A stretch of 64,000 nucleotides of DNA from an uncultured Lachnospiraceae bacterium (GTDB taxonomy: Bacteria; Bacillota; Clostridia; Lachnospirales; Lachnospiraceae): assembly GCA_964619485.1 (NCBI GenBank), contig CAZUCI010000002.1:27975-91974 (forward strand), written 5' to 3'. The notes under the pieces are model-generated. The model was not told the DNA's origin. It was given only the letters and a program-made list of their open reading frames with translations, and ran no database searches. A program made the translations under genes and the position numbers. This document shows, piece after piece, positions 48,853-57,401 of this stretch; position 1 is the stretch's first letter, and every line of letters begins with the position of its first letter.

Positions 48853-50477
48853 AACGAGAAAAAATGAAAAGAGGATTTAACAAAATTCTGACACTTGTGG
48901 CAGCTATTGCAATACTTGCAGTGTTTATGACTGAGATGTGGGTGCTTCCGTTGGAAGTACACGCAGAAACCACCGGAAATGGAAGTGGCTCAGGTCTGAT
49001 CAGCGGAAACGGATTGGACTTCGATACCACCCCTATCAGTACCAGTAATTTTGTCATGGTCGGCGGCAGCTGGGTTACCCCAACGGCTGTTTATGGAAGA
49101 ACTGTGAATGTTGTTCTTCCTGTTGTCAATATGTCAACTACACCACTTTCCAATGTAATTATTACACCTGTTATCTCAACCAATACAGGAGAATGGCCAT
49201 TTGAAATTCAGACCAGTGGATATACACAGACCATCGCTGATTTGCCGGCAAAGGGAAATGGGCAGGATGATATGACCAGAAGACGTGAGCTGACCTGGAC
49301 CTTTACAACCAGATCAGACGTTTTGAATGGCTATTACAAAATCCCTTTTAACGTAATTTACTATGTAAATGGCGGCTATGAGACCACAACAATCACTACC
49401 TACGTAAAGGCAGTGGGAGCGCCCGGTAGTGGAAATGTATCAGATGGCGGAGCAACGCTCTCTACGCCGAGAGTTATTATTACCGGATTTGACACAGAGC
49501 CTGCAAAGGTTTATGCAGGGGATACCTTTACATTGACCCTTCATTTGAAAAATACATCCAAACGTACTGCTGTTTCCAATATGCAGATTAATCTTTCCAC
49601 CCCAAAGGAAGGAAAGGATAACGATTCCACTTATGAGGCCTTTCTGCCAACCAGTGGTTCCAATACACTTTACATAGAAAAAATACCACAGAATGGAGCC
49701 TCAGATATTACTATTGAGATGACGGCAAAGGCAGACCTGGCTCAGAAACCATATCCAATCAGTGTTTCCATGGATTATGAGGATTCCGAATACAAACCAT
49801 ATCAGGAAGAGGCAAATGTTTCCATCCCGATCAATCAGGAATCAAAGTTTGAAATCGGATCTTTGGAGGTTACACCGACAGATGTTACTATCGGGGAACA
49901 GACCAACGTGATGTTCAGCATCTTCAACACCGGAAAGACAACACTCTATAATGTACAGGTCAAGTATGAGGGTGATACCATTGAAGGTGGAGAAGCTTTT
50001 GTTGGAAAAATTGAACCGGGTGCCACGGGAAATGTTGATACCATGGTAAATGCTGTTGCTGCGACGACAGATGATGGAACGGTAAAAGCAGTTGTTTATT
50101 ATGAGGATGATGCCGGTAATGTATCCACAAAGGAGCAGGAATTTACGCTGATGGTCAGCGAGGCATATGATATGAGTGAGGATATGATGTATGACGAAAC
50201 CATGGTGGAGGAGCCGGGCGGTGGAAAGGCATGGAAGGTCATTCTGGTTATCGTTATTCTTCTTGCCATTGCAGGTGGAATCACCACATTTATTCTGATT
50301 CGCAAAAAGAAAAAGGCCAAGAAGGATCAGGCTGAGCTCGAGGACGGATTAGAGGATGAGCTCCTGGAAGATGGTCTGCCGGAAGAAGACACAGACATGG
50401 GAGCACATGAGGAGCTTTATGATTCAGAGGAACAAAATTCGCAATCTGATGGTACAGAGTCGGACAGTGACAGGTAG
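48849..50477 (+). CDS. COG1361/CARDB-like Ig-fold extracytoplasmic protein with C-terminal TM and acidic tail
   Basis: Signal-like N-terminus, beta-rich repeats (VYAGDTFTLTLHLKNTS; VMFSIFNTGKTTLYNV), TM VILVIVILLAIAGGITTFILI followed by RKKKK. Confidence 0.75.
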   Translation: MKREKMKRGFNKILTLVAAIAILAVFMTEMWVLPLEVHAETTGNGSGSGLISGNGLDFDTTPISTSNFVMVGGSWVTPTAVYGRTVNVVLPVVNMSTTPLSNVIITPVISTNTGEWPFEIQTSGYTQTIADLPAKGNGQDDMTRRRELTWTFTTRSDVLNGYYKIPFNVIYYVNGGYETTTITTYVKAVGAPGSGNVSDGGATLSTPRVIITGFDTEPAKVYAGDTFTLTLHLKNTSKRTAVSNMQINLSTPKEGKDNDSTYEAFLPTSGSNTLYIEKIPQNGASDITIEMTAKADLAQKPYPISVSMDYEDSEYKPYQEEANVSIPINQESKFEIGSLEVTPTDVTIGEQTNVMFSIFNTGKTTLYNVQVKYEGDTIEGGEAFVGKIEPGATGNVDTMVNAVAATTDDGTVKAVVYYEDDAGNVSTKEQEFTLMVSEAYDMSEDMMYDETMVEEPGGGKAWKVILVIVILLAIAGGITTFILIRKKKKAKKDQAELEDGLEDELLEDGLPEEDTDMGAHEELYDSEEQNSQSDGTESDSDR

Positions 50478-50501
50478 ACTGGGGCAGAATAGGAGTAGCT
50501 T

Positions 50502-51890
50502 ATGAAATTTCTGGATTTGTTACGTCTGAGTACCAGCAGCCTTTTTAAAAGAAAGCTGCGTACCATCCTGACTGTACTGGGTGTTATGATTGGTGTGGCG
50601 TCCATTGTAGTTATGGTGTCACTTGGTCTTGGACTGAACAGAGCTTATACCAACCAAATAGAGTCTTATGGAAGTCTTACAACCGTGACTGTTCTGGATG
50701 CTTCAAATTCGATGTATATGTATTCTGATTCCAGCAGTTCATCCAGTTCGGATACGGAAATTAAGAGACTGAATGAGGATGCCATCGAGGAGCTGAAAAC
50801 GCTGCCTAATGTTGAACAGGTAATTCCAACACTGGAGATGTCCTGTCTTTTGAAAAGTGGTGCCTACGAGGCCTATGTCACGCTTGTGGGAATGCCGGAC
50901 GGTGCACTGGAGAATCAAAAGGTGGAGCTGGAAACAGGTGAGTACCCGACAGAAAACGGCGGAAGCCTGAATGTCCTGTATGGAAATCAGGTAGCCGCGC
51001 AGTTCTATAATCCCAAAACCAACAGCGGATACTGGTATGATGGAACCATGGCAGATGTGGATCTTTTGAACGACACCACATTTTTTATACTGAATATGGA
51101 TGATTATTATGCCAGTCAGAGCGGCGGAACAGATGAAAACGGCAACGTGGTAAAGAGACCTAAAAAATATATTTTTGAGCCCTGCGGACTGATTGCGGGG
51201 GGCACGGATTCTTATAGCGATTATTCCTATAACGTGTATTGCAATATTGACGATTTGAAGGCGATTATAAAAAAAGAATTTAAGGGAAAGGTTATTCCGG
51301 GACAGCCAACCACAGCGGGTGGAAAGCCTTACAAGGAGCTGTTTTATTCCTCCCTTTTAGTGACAACGGATTCCATTGACCATGTACTTGATATTCAGTC
51401 ACAGATTACCAATATGGGATATAGTGCCAACAGCCAGGCAGAGTGGATTCAGTCTGATCAGAATACCATGAAGTATATTCAGCTTGTGCTGGGTGGAATT
51501 GGTGCTGTCTCCCTTCTGGTTGCGGCAATCGGAATTGCCAATACCATGATGATGTCTATTTATGAGCGAACCAAGGAAATCGGTATTATGAAGGTTCTTG
51601 GCTGCGATATGAGAAATATTCAGGGTATGTTTTTAATTGAGGCGGGCTGTATTGGGTTTATCGGAGGAATTGTAGGACTGATTATCAGTTTTATCATTTC
51701 CAAGGTGATTAATGTTCTGGTAGCAGCCTTTGCAACGGACATGGGACTTTCCGGAAACCTGTCCTATATTCCGTTCTGGCTGGCGGGACTGTCGCTGCTT
51801 TTTGCCATACTTGTTGGTATGATAGCGGGATTTTTCCCATCTCTACGTGCGATGAAGTTAAGTCCTCTTGCTGCAATCCGAAACGAATAG
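50502..51890 (+). CDS. MacB/FtsX-type ABC permease
   Basis: RTILTVLGVMIGVASIV, large extracytoplasmic loop, GIANTMMMSIYERTKEIGIMKVLG, AMKLSPLAAIRNE. Confidence 0.94.
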   Translation: MKFLDLLRLSTSSLFKRKLRTILTVLGVMIGVASIVVMVSLGLGLNRAYTNQIESYGSLTTVTVLDASNSMYMYSDSSSSSSSDTEIKRLNEDAIEELKTLPNVEQVIPTLEMSCLLKSGAYEAYVTLVGMPDGALENQKVELETGEYPTENGGSLNVLYGNQVAAQFYNPKTNSGYWYDGTMADVDLLNDTTFFILNMDDYYASQSGGTDENGNVVKRPKKYIFEPCGLIAGGTDSYSDYSYNVYCNIDDLKAIIKKEFKGKVIPGQPTTAGGKPYKELFYSSLLVTTDSIDHVLDIQSQITNMGYSANSQAEWIQSDQNTMKYIQLVLGGIGAVSLLVAAIGIANTMMMSIYERTKEIGIMKVLGCDMRNIQGMFLIEAGCIGFIGGIVGLIISFIISKVINVLVAAFATDMGLSGNLSYIPFWLAGLSLLFAILVGMIAGFFPSLRAMKLSPLAAIRNE

Positions 51891-51928
51891 GATTGCACGG
51901 GCAGAAATAAAAACAAATGGTTACAGGT

Positions 51929-51958
51929 AAAAAAGAGAGTGATTTACTCTCTTTTTTT
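51929..51958 (+). terminator. Rho-independent terminator
   Basis: aaaaagagagt-gattt-actctcttttt followed by further T. Confidence 0.8.
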
Positions 51959-52153
51959 ATAAAAGAAAACTCGTGCTCATGCAACTTGTGCAAAGAAAGA
52001 AACAAATTTTTGTGAAATATTGACAGAGGTTTCTCGGAAATTTTATGGAATCACCCCTGAAATTATGGTATAATTTAACAAGTTGAAGCCTTGGGATACA
52101 GGCTTTAGAAGCAAAATAACTGGTATAATTTATAGACTTAGGGGCGAGAGAAT

Positions 52154-53668
52154 ATGCAGGATAATGTAGGAATGGATGCAGCTAGAAAAGCAGCAGAAGA
52201 AGCAGCAAGAAAAGCAGCCGCAGCCGCAGCAATGAAAGCAGCGGAGGCAGGCGGGTCAAACGACAGCATGCAGAGACAGGCTAGAATGGCAAGAGAAGCA
52301 ATGCAGGCAAAAACAGATACTGCCGCACAAAATGCCGGTCAGCAGCAAAATGCGGGGCAGATGCAGAATGCAGACCAGCCACAGAATGCTGCAGCAAGCA
52401 GAATTGCAATTGAGGCATCAAACCGTATCGCAGAGGAGGTTGCCAAGCAGGCAGCACATGAGGCTGTTGACAAGGGCTCCAGCGAGAAGGATGCTGCCAG
52501 AAAGGTTGTGGAGGAAGAGGCAGTCCGCAAAACGATTTCCGATTCTACCAAGAAAGCAGCAGAGGAGATTGCAAACCGTGTTGTGGAGGAAAACAACGCC
52601 AAGGCTGTAGAGACAGCCAGGAGAATTGATGAGATTGTAAAGAAGGCCAAGGAGGATGCACTTCATAAAGCAGAGGCCGAATTAAAGATAAAGGTTGATG
52701 AGACTGTCAAAAAAGCGAAAGCAGAGGCTGATAAGGTTGTAGCGGATGCGGTTGCCAAGGTTGAAGCTGAGGCTAGAAAAAAGATGGAGGAGATCATCAA
52801 AAAGGCTGAGGAAGAAGCAAAGGCCACTGTCGCTGAGGCTAGAAAAAAGGCAGAGGAGAATGCGGAAATCAAGGTGGAGGCAATTCAGTTAAAGGCTGAA
52901 GCTGAAGCAAAGCATTCCGCAGATGACAGGGCAAAAGCAGCAGAGGAGGTCGCAAGGGTAAAGGCCTCTGAGGAAGTGAGAAAGGTAGAGGCTGAGGCAG
53001 CAAAGCAGGTCGAAGTAACTGTCTCCAGAGAAGCAATTCCAATTGCTTTGAGAGCTGCAACAGAAGCTGTAAAAGAGTTAGAGGCAGACAAGGCACGTAA
53101 AGCGGAAGAGGAACGAATCAGAAAAGCGCAGGAGGCAGAGCGTCTTCGTAAGGAAGCTGAGGAGAAGGCAAGATTAGAGGCTGAGGCTGAGGCAAGAAGA
53201 GCCGAGGAAGAACGCCTGAGAAAAGAAGCTGAGGCGAAGGCCAAGGCAGAAGTTGCCATCAAAGCAAAGAGGGCAGCCGAGGAGCTTGCATTTAGAAAAA
53301 TCCAGGAAGAAGAACGAAAGAAGAGTGAACAGGCAGTTGCACAGGCAAGGGAGGCCGCCGCAGCCGCTGCATCAGCACCACCAAAACCGGCACCGGCACC
53401 AACTGCACCTTTGGCAAAATCGGCAGCAGAGGCAGTTGCTGCTGCGACAGGACATACAGTTGCACAGGGGGCACCACAACCGGTTTCACCAGCACCACAG
53501 CCGGCTTCACAACCTTCTGTTACAGGAATTCCTGCCAATGGCAAGCTTTCCTTCGCAGAGTTTGAAAAGGCTGCAAAGAAGTTAAAGATTCTTCTGGATA
53601 ATGGAATTATCACGCAGGAAGAGTTTGCATCAGAGAAGCAAAAGCTGGTCGCAAATATGGAAATATAA
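52154..53668 (+). CDS. Ala/Glu/Lys-rich coiled-coil protein with Pro-rich linker and C-terminal SHOCT-like domain
   Basis: About 400 aa of AEEA/KAKAE-type helix, PAPAP linker, then KKLKILLDNGIITQEEFASEKQKL. No TM or signal peptide seen. Confidence 0.8.
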   Translation: MQDNVGMDAARKAAEEAARKAAAAAAMKAAEAGGSNDSMQRQARMAREAMQAKTDTAAQNAGQQQNAGQMQNADQPQNAAASRIAIEASNRIAEEVAKQAAHEAVDKGSSEKDAARKVVEEEAVRKTISDSTKKAAEEIANRVVEENNAKAVETARRIDEIVKKAKEDALHKAEAELKIKVDETVKKAKAEADKVVADAVAKVEAEARKKMEEIIKKAEEEAKATVAEARKKAEENAEIKVEAIQLKAEAEAKHSADDRAKAAEEVARVKASEEVRKVEAEAAKQVEVTVSREAIPIALRAATEAVKELEADKARKAEEERIRKAQEAERLRKEAEEKARLEAEAEARRAEEERLRKEAEAKAKAEVAIKAKRAAEELAFRKIQEEERKKSEQAVAQAREAAAAAASAPPKPAPAPTAPLAKSAAEAVAAATGHTVAQGAPQPVSPAPQPASQPSVTGIPANGKLSFAEFEKAAKKLKILLDNGIITQEEFASEKQKLVANMEI

Positions 53669-53695
53669 AGTTTGTTTTGTTTAGAATTCACAAGA

Positions 53696-53733
53696 AAGCT
53701 TTGGCATTTTAGTAAAAGTGCCAAAGTTTTTTT
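53696..53733 (+). terminator. Rho-independent terminator
   Basis: ctttggca..tgccaaag stem followed by ttttttt. Confidence 0.75.
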
Positions 53734-53806
53734 TATGCCTTGAAAGCATCATAGTCAAATGATAAACTAATCATAAGGAAACTAAAAAACTGAAATTGGT
53801 TTCCGA

Positions 53807-53904
53807 GTTTCCAAACAAAGGAATGATGCAGGGTATGAAGTTTCCCAACAAAGGAATGATGCAGGGTATGAAGTTTCCAAGCGGAGGAATTTGCAGGATA
53901 TGAA
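53807..53904 (+). repeat. 33-bp tandem repeat x3 overlapping the TetR RBS and start codon
   Basis: gtttccaaacaaaggaatgatgcagggtatgaa units at 53807, 53840 and 53873 (the third is 32 bp and divergent). Confidence 0.9.
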
Positions 53905-54532
53905 GAAAGAAAGCGACGATTCGACCATAGTAATGGAGCAGGAAGAAGTCAGAGTGAGAATTATTGAAGCTGCTATTGCAGAGTTCAACGAAAAAAGCAT
54001 GAAGTTTACCATGGATGATCTGGCGAAAAGATTGATGATGAGCAAGAAGACGATTTATCTTTTTTTTAAGGACAAGGAAAGCCTTTTTCTGGAGACAGCA
54101 GACTATTGCTTTAATAAAATCAAAGCGGCACAGCAGGAGATTATGGAAAATGAAAGCCTGAATGTGGTGGAAAAGCTGGAAAAAATTTTGATTGCCATGC
54201 CTGACTCTTATCGCACGGTGGATTTTCGTCAGGTTCATCTTTTGAAGAATCGTTATCCTAAAATATACAAAAAGGTTGCCGGCAGACTGGAAGGACAGTG
54301 GGAAGACACTATTTTTCTGCTGGAGGAAGGGATGAAAGAGGGAAAAATCAGAACAATTTCCATCCCTGTTTTCAAGGTTATGGTGGAGTCTACAATTTAC
54401 ACCTTTTTGACACAGTCTGTTCTAATTGAACATGAAATCAGCTATGAAGAAGGGTTGGAAGAGATGCTGGGTATTCTAATGAATGGGATTCGTTTAGAAC
54501 AGCAAAACAGCAAAAAAGAGAAGCAGATATAG
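53900..54532 (+). CDS. TetR/AcrR family regulator
   Basis: FTMDDLAKRLMMSKKTIYLFFKDKESL HTH; GGAGGA RBS at 53883. Confidence 0.92.
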   Translation: MKKESDDSTIVMEQEEVRVRIIEAAIAEFNEKSMKFTMDDLAKRLMMSKKTIYLFFKDKESLFLETADYCFNKIKAAQQEIMENESLNVVEKLEKILIAMPDSYRTVDFRQVHLLKNRYPKIYKKVAGRLEGQWEDTIFLLEEGMKEGKIRTISIPVFKVMVESTIYTFLTQSVLIEHEISYEEGLEEMLGILMNGIRLEQQNSKKEKQI

Positions 54533-54569
54533 GCTGCCGAAGTATGTAAATGTAAGGAGGAAATGGAAG

Positions 54570-56024
54570 ATGGAGAATAAAAGCGCAGTTATTTTTGGCA
54601 ATAAAATGTCTTCCTCTGTAGTGAGGAAGGCCGAAAAATCTAAAAGAAAGTACATGAAAAGGTTCGGAGATGACAGTAATGTCAGCTATCCCCTGATACT
54701 GGAAGAAAACAAATGTCTGTTTGACACCATGGGGATTGAGAACGTAAAGATTGGGGATAAAAACGCAGAGTTTGACCGGGAAAAGGGCATTGTGGTAGGA
54801 AATATCCGCATGGGTTTTGGGCATTACCGCATTTCCATTGCCATTGCATCTGCTGCCCATGCACTGGGCTATACCCCATATTGGATGGATTTGAATTCCT
54901 ATACACAGACGACAGGTGGAAAGGTAATCGCTGCTCAGAATGCACTGTACTCCATGGGCTCGAGAATCTCCGGAAAAAGCCGCCTGTTTAACAAGCTGGT
55001 ATGGGAGCCCATGAATTACGAAGGATTTCGGAAGCTTTCCTATAACGCAGCGGATCAGAAAAATGCAGAGCTTATGACTGCTGTTTTTAAAAATCTTCCA
55101 AAGGATATTCCTGTAGTTGCAACGCATGTCTGGCCGGCACAGGCAGCAGTTCATGCGGGAATGAAACGTGTTGTAAATGCAATTCCTGATAACTGGCAGA
55201 TGGCACTTCATCTTTCCGAGGGAAGCATTCATACGATTCAGACGCATAATTCCTATTTCGGATACAGACTTTTGCGGGGGATGGATAAGAAGCGGAGACT
55301 TAAGCCCATGGGAGCTGGAGATATTGTGTATACAGGCCACTATATTGATCATGAGCTGGTTGAAAATATTGAAATGGACTGTGATAAAAGGATTGCCCGT
55401 GCAAAAAACAACAAACCGCTCCGCTTTTTGCTTACCATCGGTGGAGCAGGGGCGCAGAAGGAAATTTTTGCAGCCATCATTCGTCATCTACTTCCTCAAA
55501 TTAAAAAGAGAAGAGCGATGCTCCTGATTAACGTAGGTGACTATCGAAATGTCTGGGAGGAGCTGATGGAGGAAATACCGGAGATGAGAGGCTTTGCCAC
55601 CGAGCATTTTGATCAGTGGGAGGAGACGAAGGATTTCGCTCAGATGGCTCTGGATTCTGATATTACAGGAATTCACGGTTTTTATCACACGGATATATAC
55701 GAGGCAGTTTATGCAACGAACCTTTTGATGCGATGTGCTGACATTCTTGTCACAAAACCAAGTGAACTGTCCTTTTATCCGGTTCCAAAGCTTTTTATCA
55801 AACGTGTTGGGGGACACGAGAGATGGGGAGCAATTCATTCGGCAGAAATCGGAGATGGTACACCGGAATGTGAAACAATCGGGGATACGCTGACGATGTT
55901 GGATCTGTTTATGGATGACAAAGAGATCTTGAAAAATATGTGTGAAAATATAAAACGTAACAGGAAAATGGGAATTTACAATGGGGCGTATGAGGTTGTG
56001 AAGCTGGCAATGTCCGGCAGATAG
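54570..56024 (+). CDS. Conserved protein with GT-B, GT28/MGDG-synthase-like motifs
   Basis: RMGFGHYRIS, VVATHVWP, LLTIGGAG, MRCADILVTKPSE and VGGHE parallel GxGH / STH / GG / M..SD...TKP / PGQE of UgtP-MurG-like enzymes (recognised by eye). Confidence 0.6.
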   Translation: MENKSAVIFGNKMSSSVVRKAEKSKRKYMKRFGDDSNVSYPLILEENKCLFDTMGIENVKIGDKNAEFDREKGIVVGNIRMGFGHYRISIAIASAAHALGYTPYWMDLNSYTQTTGGKVIAAQNALYSMGSRISGKSRLFNKLVWEPMNYEGFRKLSYNAADQKNAELMTAVFKNLPKDIPVVATHVWPAQAAVHAGMKRVVNAIPDNWQMALHLSEGSIHTIQTHNSYFGYRLLRGMDKKRRLKPMGAGDIVYTGHYIDHELVENIEMDCDKRIARAKNNKPLRFLLTIGGAGAQKEIFAAIIRHLLPQIKKRRAMLLINVGDYRNVWEELMEEIPEMRGFATEHFDQWEETKDFAQMALDSDITGIHGFYHTDIYEAVYATNLLMRCADILVTKPSELSFYPVPKLFIKRVGGHERWGAIHSAEIGDGTPECETIGDTLTMLDLFMDDKEILKNMCENIKRNRKMGIYNGAYEVVKLAMSGR

Positions 56025-56033
56025 GAGGAAGGT

Positions 56034-57401
56034 ATGAAACTGAAGGGCAGGGAAAAATTTGCATATGGTGCAGGTGCAGTTGGAAAAGATATGGTTTATG
56101 CATTTGTATCCGGATTTTTAATGTATTATTACAACACGGTTCTGGGTATCAGTGCTACCTTTATAGGGGTGCTGTTTATGGCTGCCAGAGTATTTGATGC
56201 AGTCAATGACCCGATGATGGGGGTTGTGGTGGAGAAGACGCACACCAGGTTTGGCAAATTCAGGCCATGGCTTTTTATTGGAACAATTTTAAACGGCATT
56301 ATTCTGTATGCCATGTATGCGGTTCCGGAGAGTATAACAGGAACACCGCTGCTTGTATATACCTCGGTTGCCTATATTCTGTGGGGTGTAACCTATACGA
56401 TTATGGATATCCCTTACTGGTCCATGATTCCGGCAATTACAGAATCAGGAAAGGATCGTGAAAATATTTCCGTAATTGCCAGAAGCTGCGCCGGCTTTGG
56501 CTTTGCCATTCCAACGGCACTGACCATGGTGCTTGTTCCCATTCTTGGGGGTGGAAGTGAAAGAGTAGGATTTAGGATTTTTGCACTGATGGTTACTGCC
56601 TTTTTTGTCATTGCCATCATGCTGACAGTATTTAATGTAAAAGAAAAGGTTGTGGAGAGGAAAAAGACTGTCTCAGTAAAGGAAATGTTCTCAGCGCTGC
56701 TTCATAATGATCAGGCACTGGTCATTGTAGTTGCTATTATTGTGTTTAACGCGTCACTGTATCTTACCCAGCAGCTGGCAATTTATTTCTTTAAATACGA
56801 TATCGGCAATGCCTCTCTTTATGGCTTGTTTGGAACAGTCGGTGGAGCAGCCCAGATTCTGGCTATGCTTTCACTTCCGCTGATTCGAAAGAAATTTGAG
56901 TGTAAAAAAATTCTGATTGGCGCCATTGGCACAACCTTAATTGGTTATGCAGCACTTTTTATCATGGGCACTCTTGGAATCAGAAATATGATTCCTCTTT
57001 GTCTGGCAGCAGTTGTAATTTTCCTGGGCTTTGGTCTGGCAACGGTACTCACCACAATCTTTCTGGCTGATACTGTGGATTATGGTGAGTGGAAAAACAA
57101 TCAGAGAAATGAAAGTGTGGTTTTTTCACTCCAGACCTTTGTGGTAAAGCTTGCATCAGCTATTTCTGTTTTGATTGCAGGAGTTGGAATTGATATGATT
57201 AAACTGGATCAGAATGCTGTTACACAGACAGCCTCAACCCTGCTGGGACTGCGTATTCTGATGATTGTGGTTCCTATGGCGGGACTGGTTATCTCCATCC
57301 TCTTCTTTGTGAAAAAGTATAAGCTGGATGAAAAAATGCTGCAATTAATTTCCCAGGAGCTGAAGGAAAGAAGGAACGCGGATGATTCTACAGAAGAATA
57401 A
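56034..57401 (+). CDS. GPH-family glycoside:cation symporter (MelB-like)
   Basis: YGAGAVGKD, RVFDAVNDPMMG, TRFGKFRPW, DIPYWSM, ADTVDYGEW. Confidence 0.93.
   Translation: MKLKGREKFAYGAGAVGKDMVYAFVSGFLMYYYNTVLGISATFIGVLFMAARVFDAVNDPMMGVVVEKTHTRFGKFRPWLFIGTILNGIILYAMYAVPESITGTPLLVYTSVAYILWGVTYTIMDIPYWSMIPAITESGKDRENISVIARSCAGFGFAIPTALTMVLVPILGGGSERVGFRIFALMVTAFFVIAIMLTVFNVKEKVVERKKTVSVKEMFSALLHNDQALVIVVAIIVFNASLYLTQQLAIYFFKYDIGNASLYGLFGTVGGAAQILAMLSLPLIRKKFECKKILIGAIGTTLIGYAALFIMGTLGIRNMIPLCLAAVVIFLGFGLATVLTTIFLADTVDYGEWKNNQRNESVVFSLQTFVVKLASAISVLIAGVGIDMIKLDQNAVTQTASTLLGLRILMIVVPMAGLVISILFFVKKYKLDEKMLQLISQELKERRNADDSTEE

Noticed and set aside
52885-53724. 279-aa minus-strand ORF, and similar antisense ORFs at 2138-2878, 32227-32943, 54438-55487 and 61247-62059
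   Set aside because: Shadow frames of real plus-strand genes with biased codon usage; no RBS or recognisable motifs.
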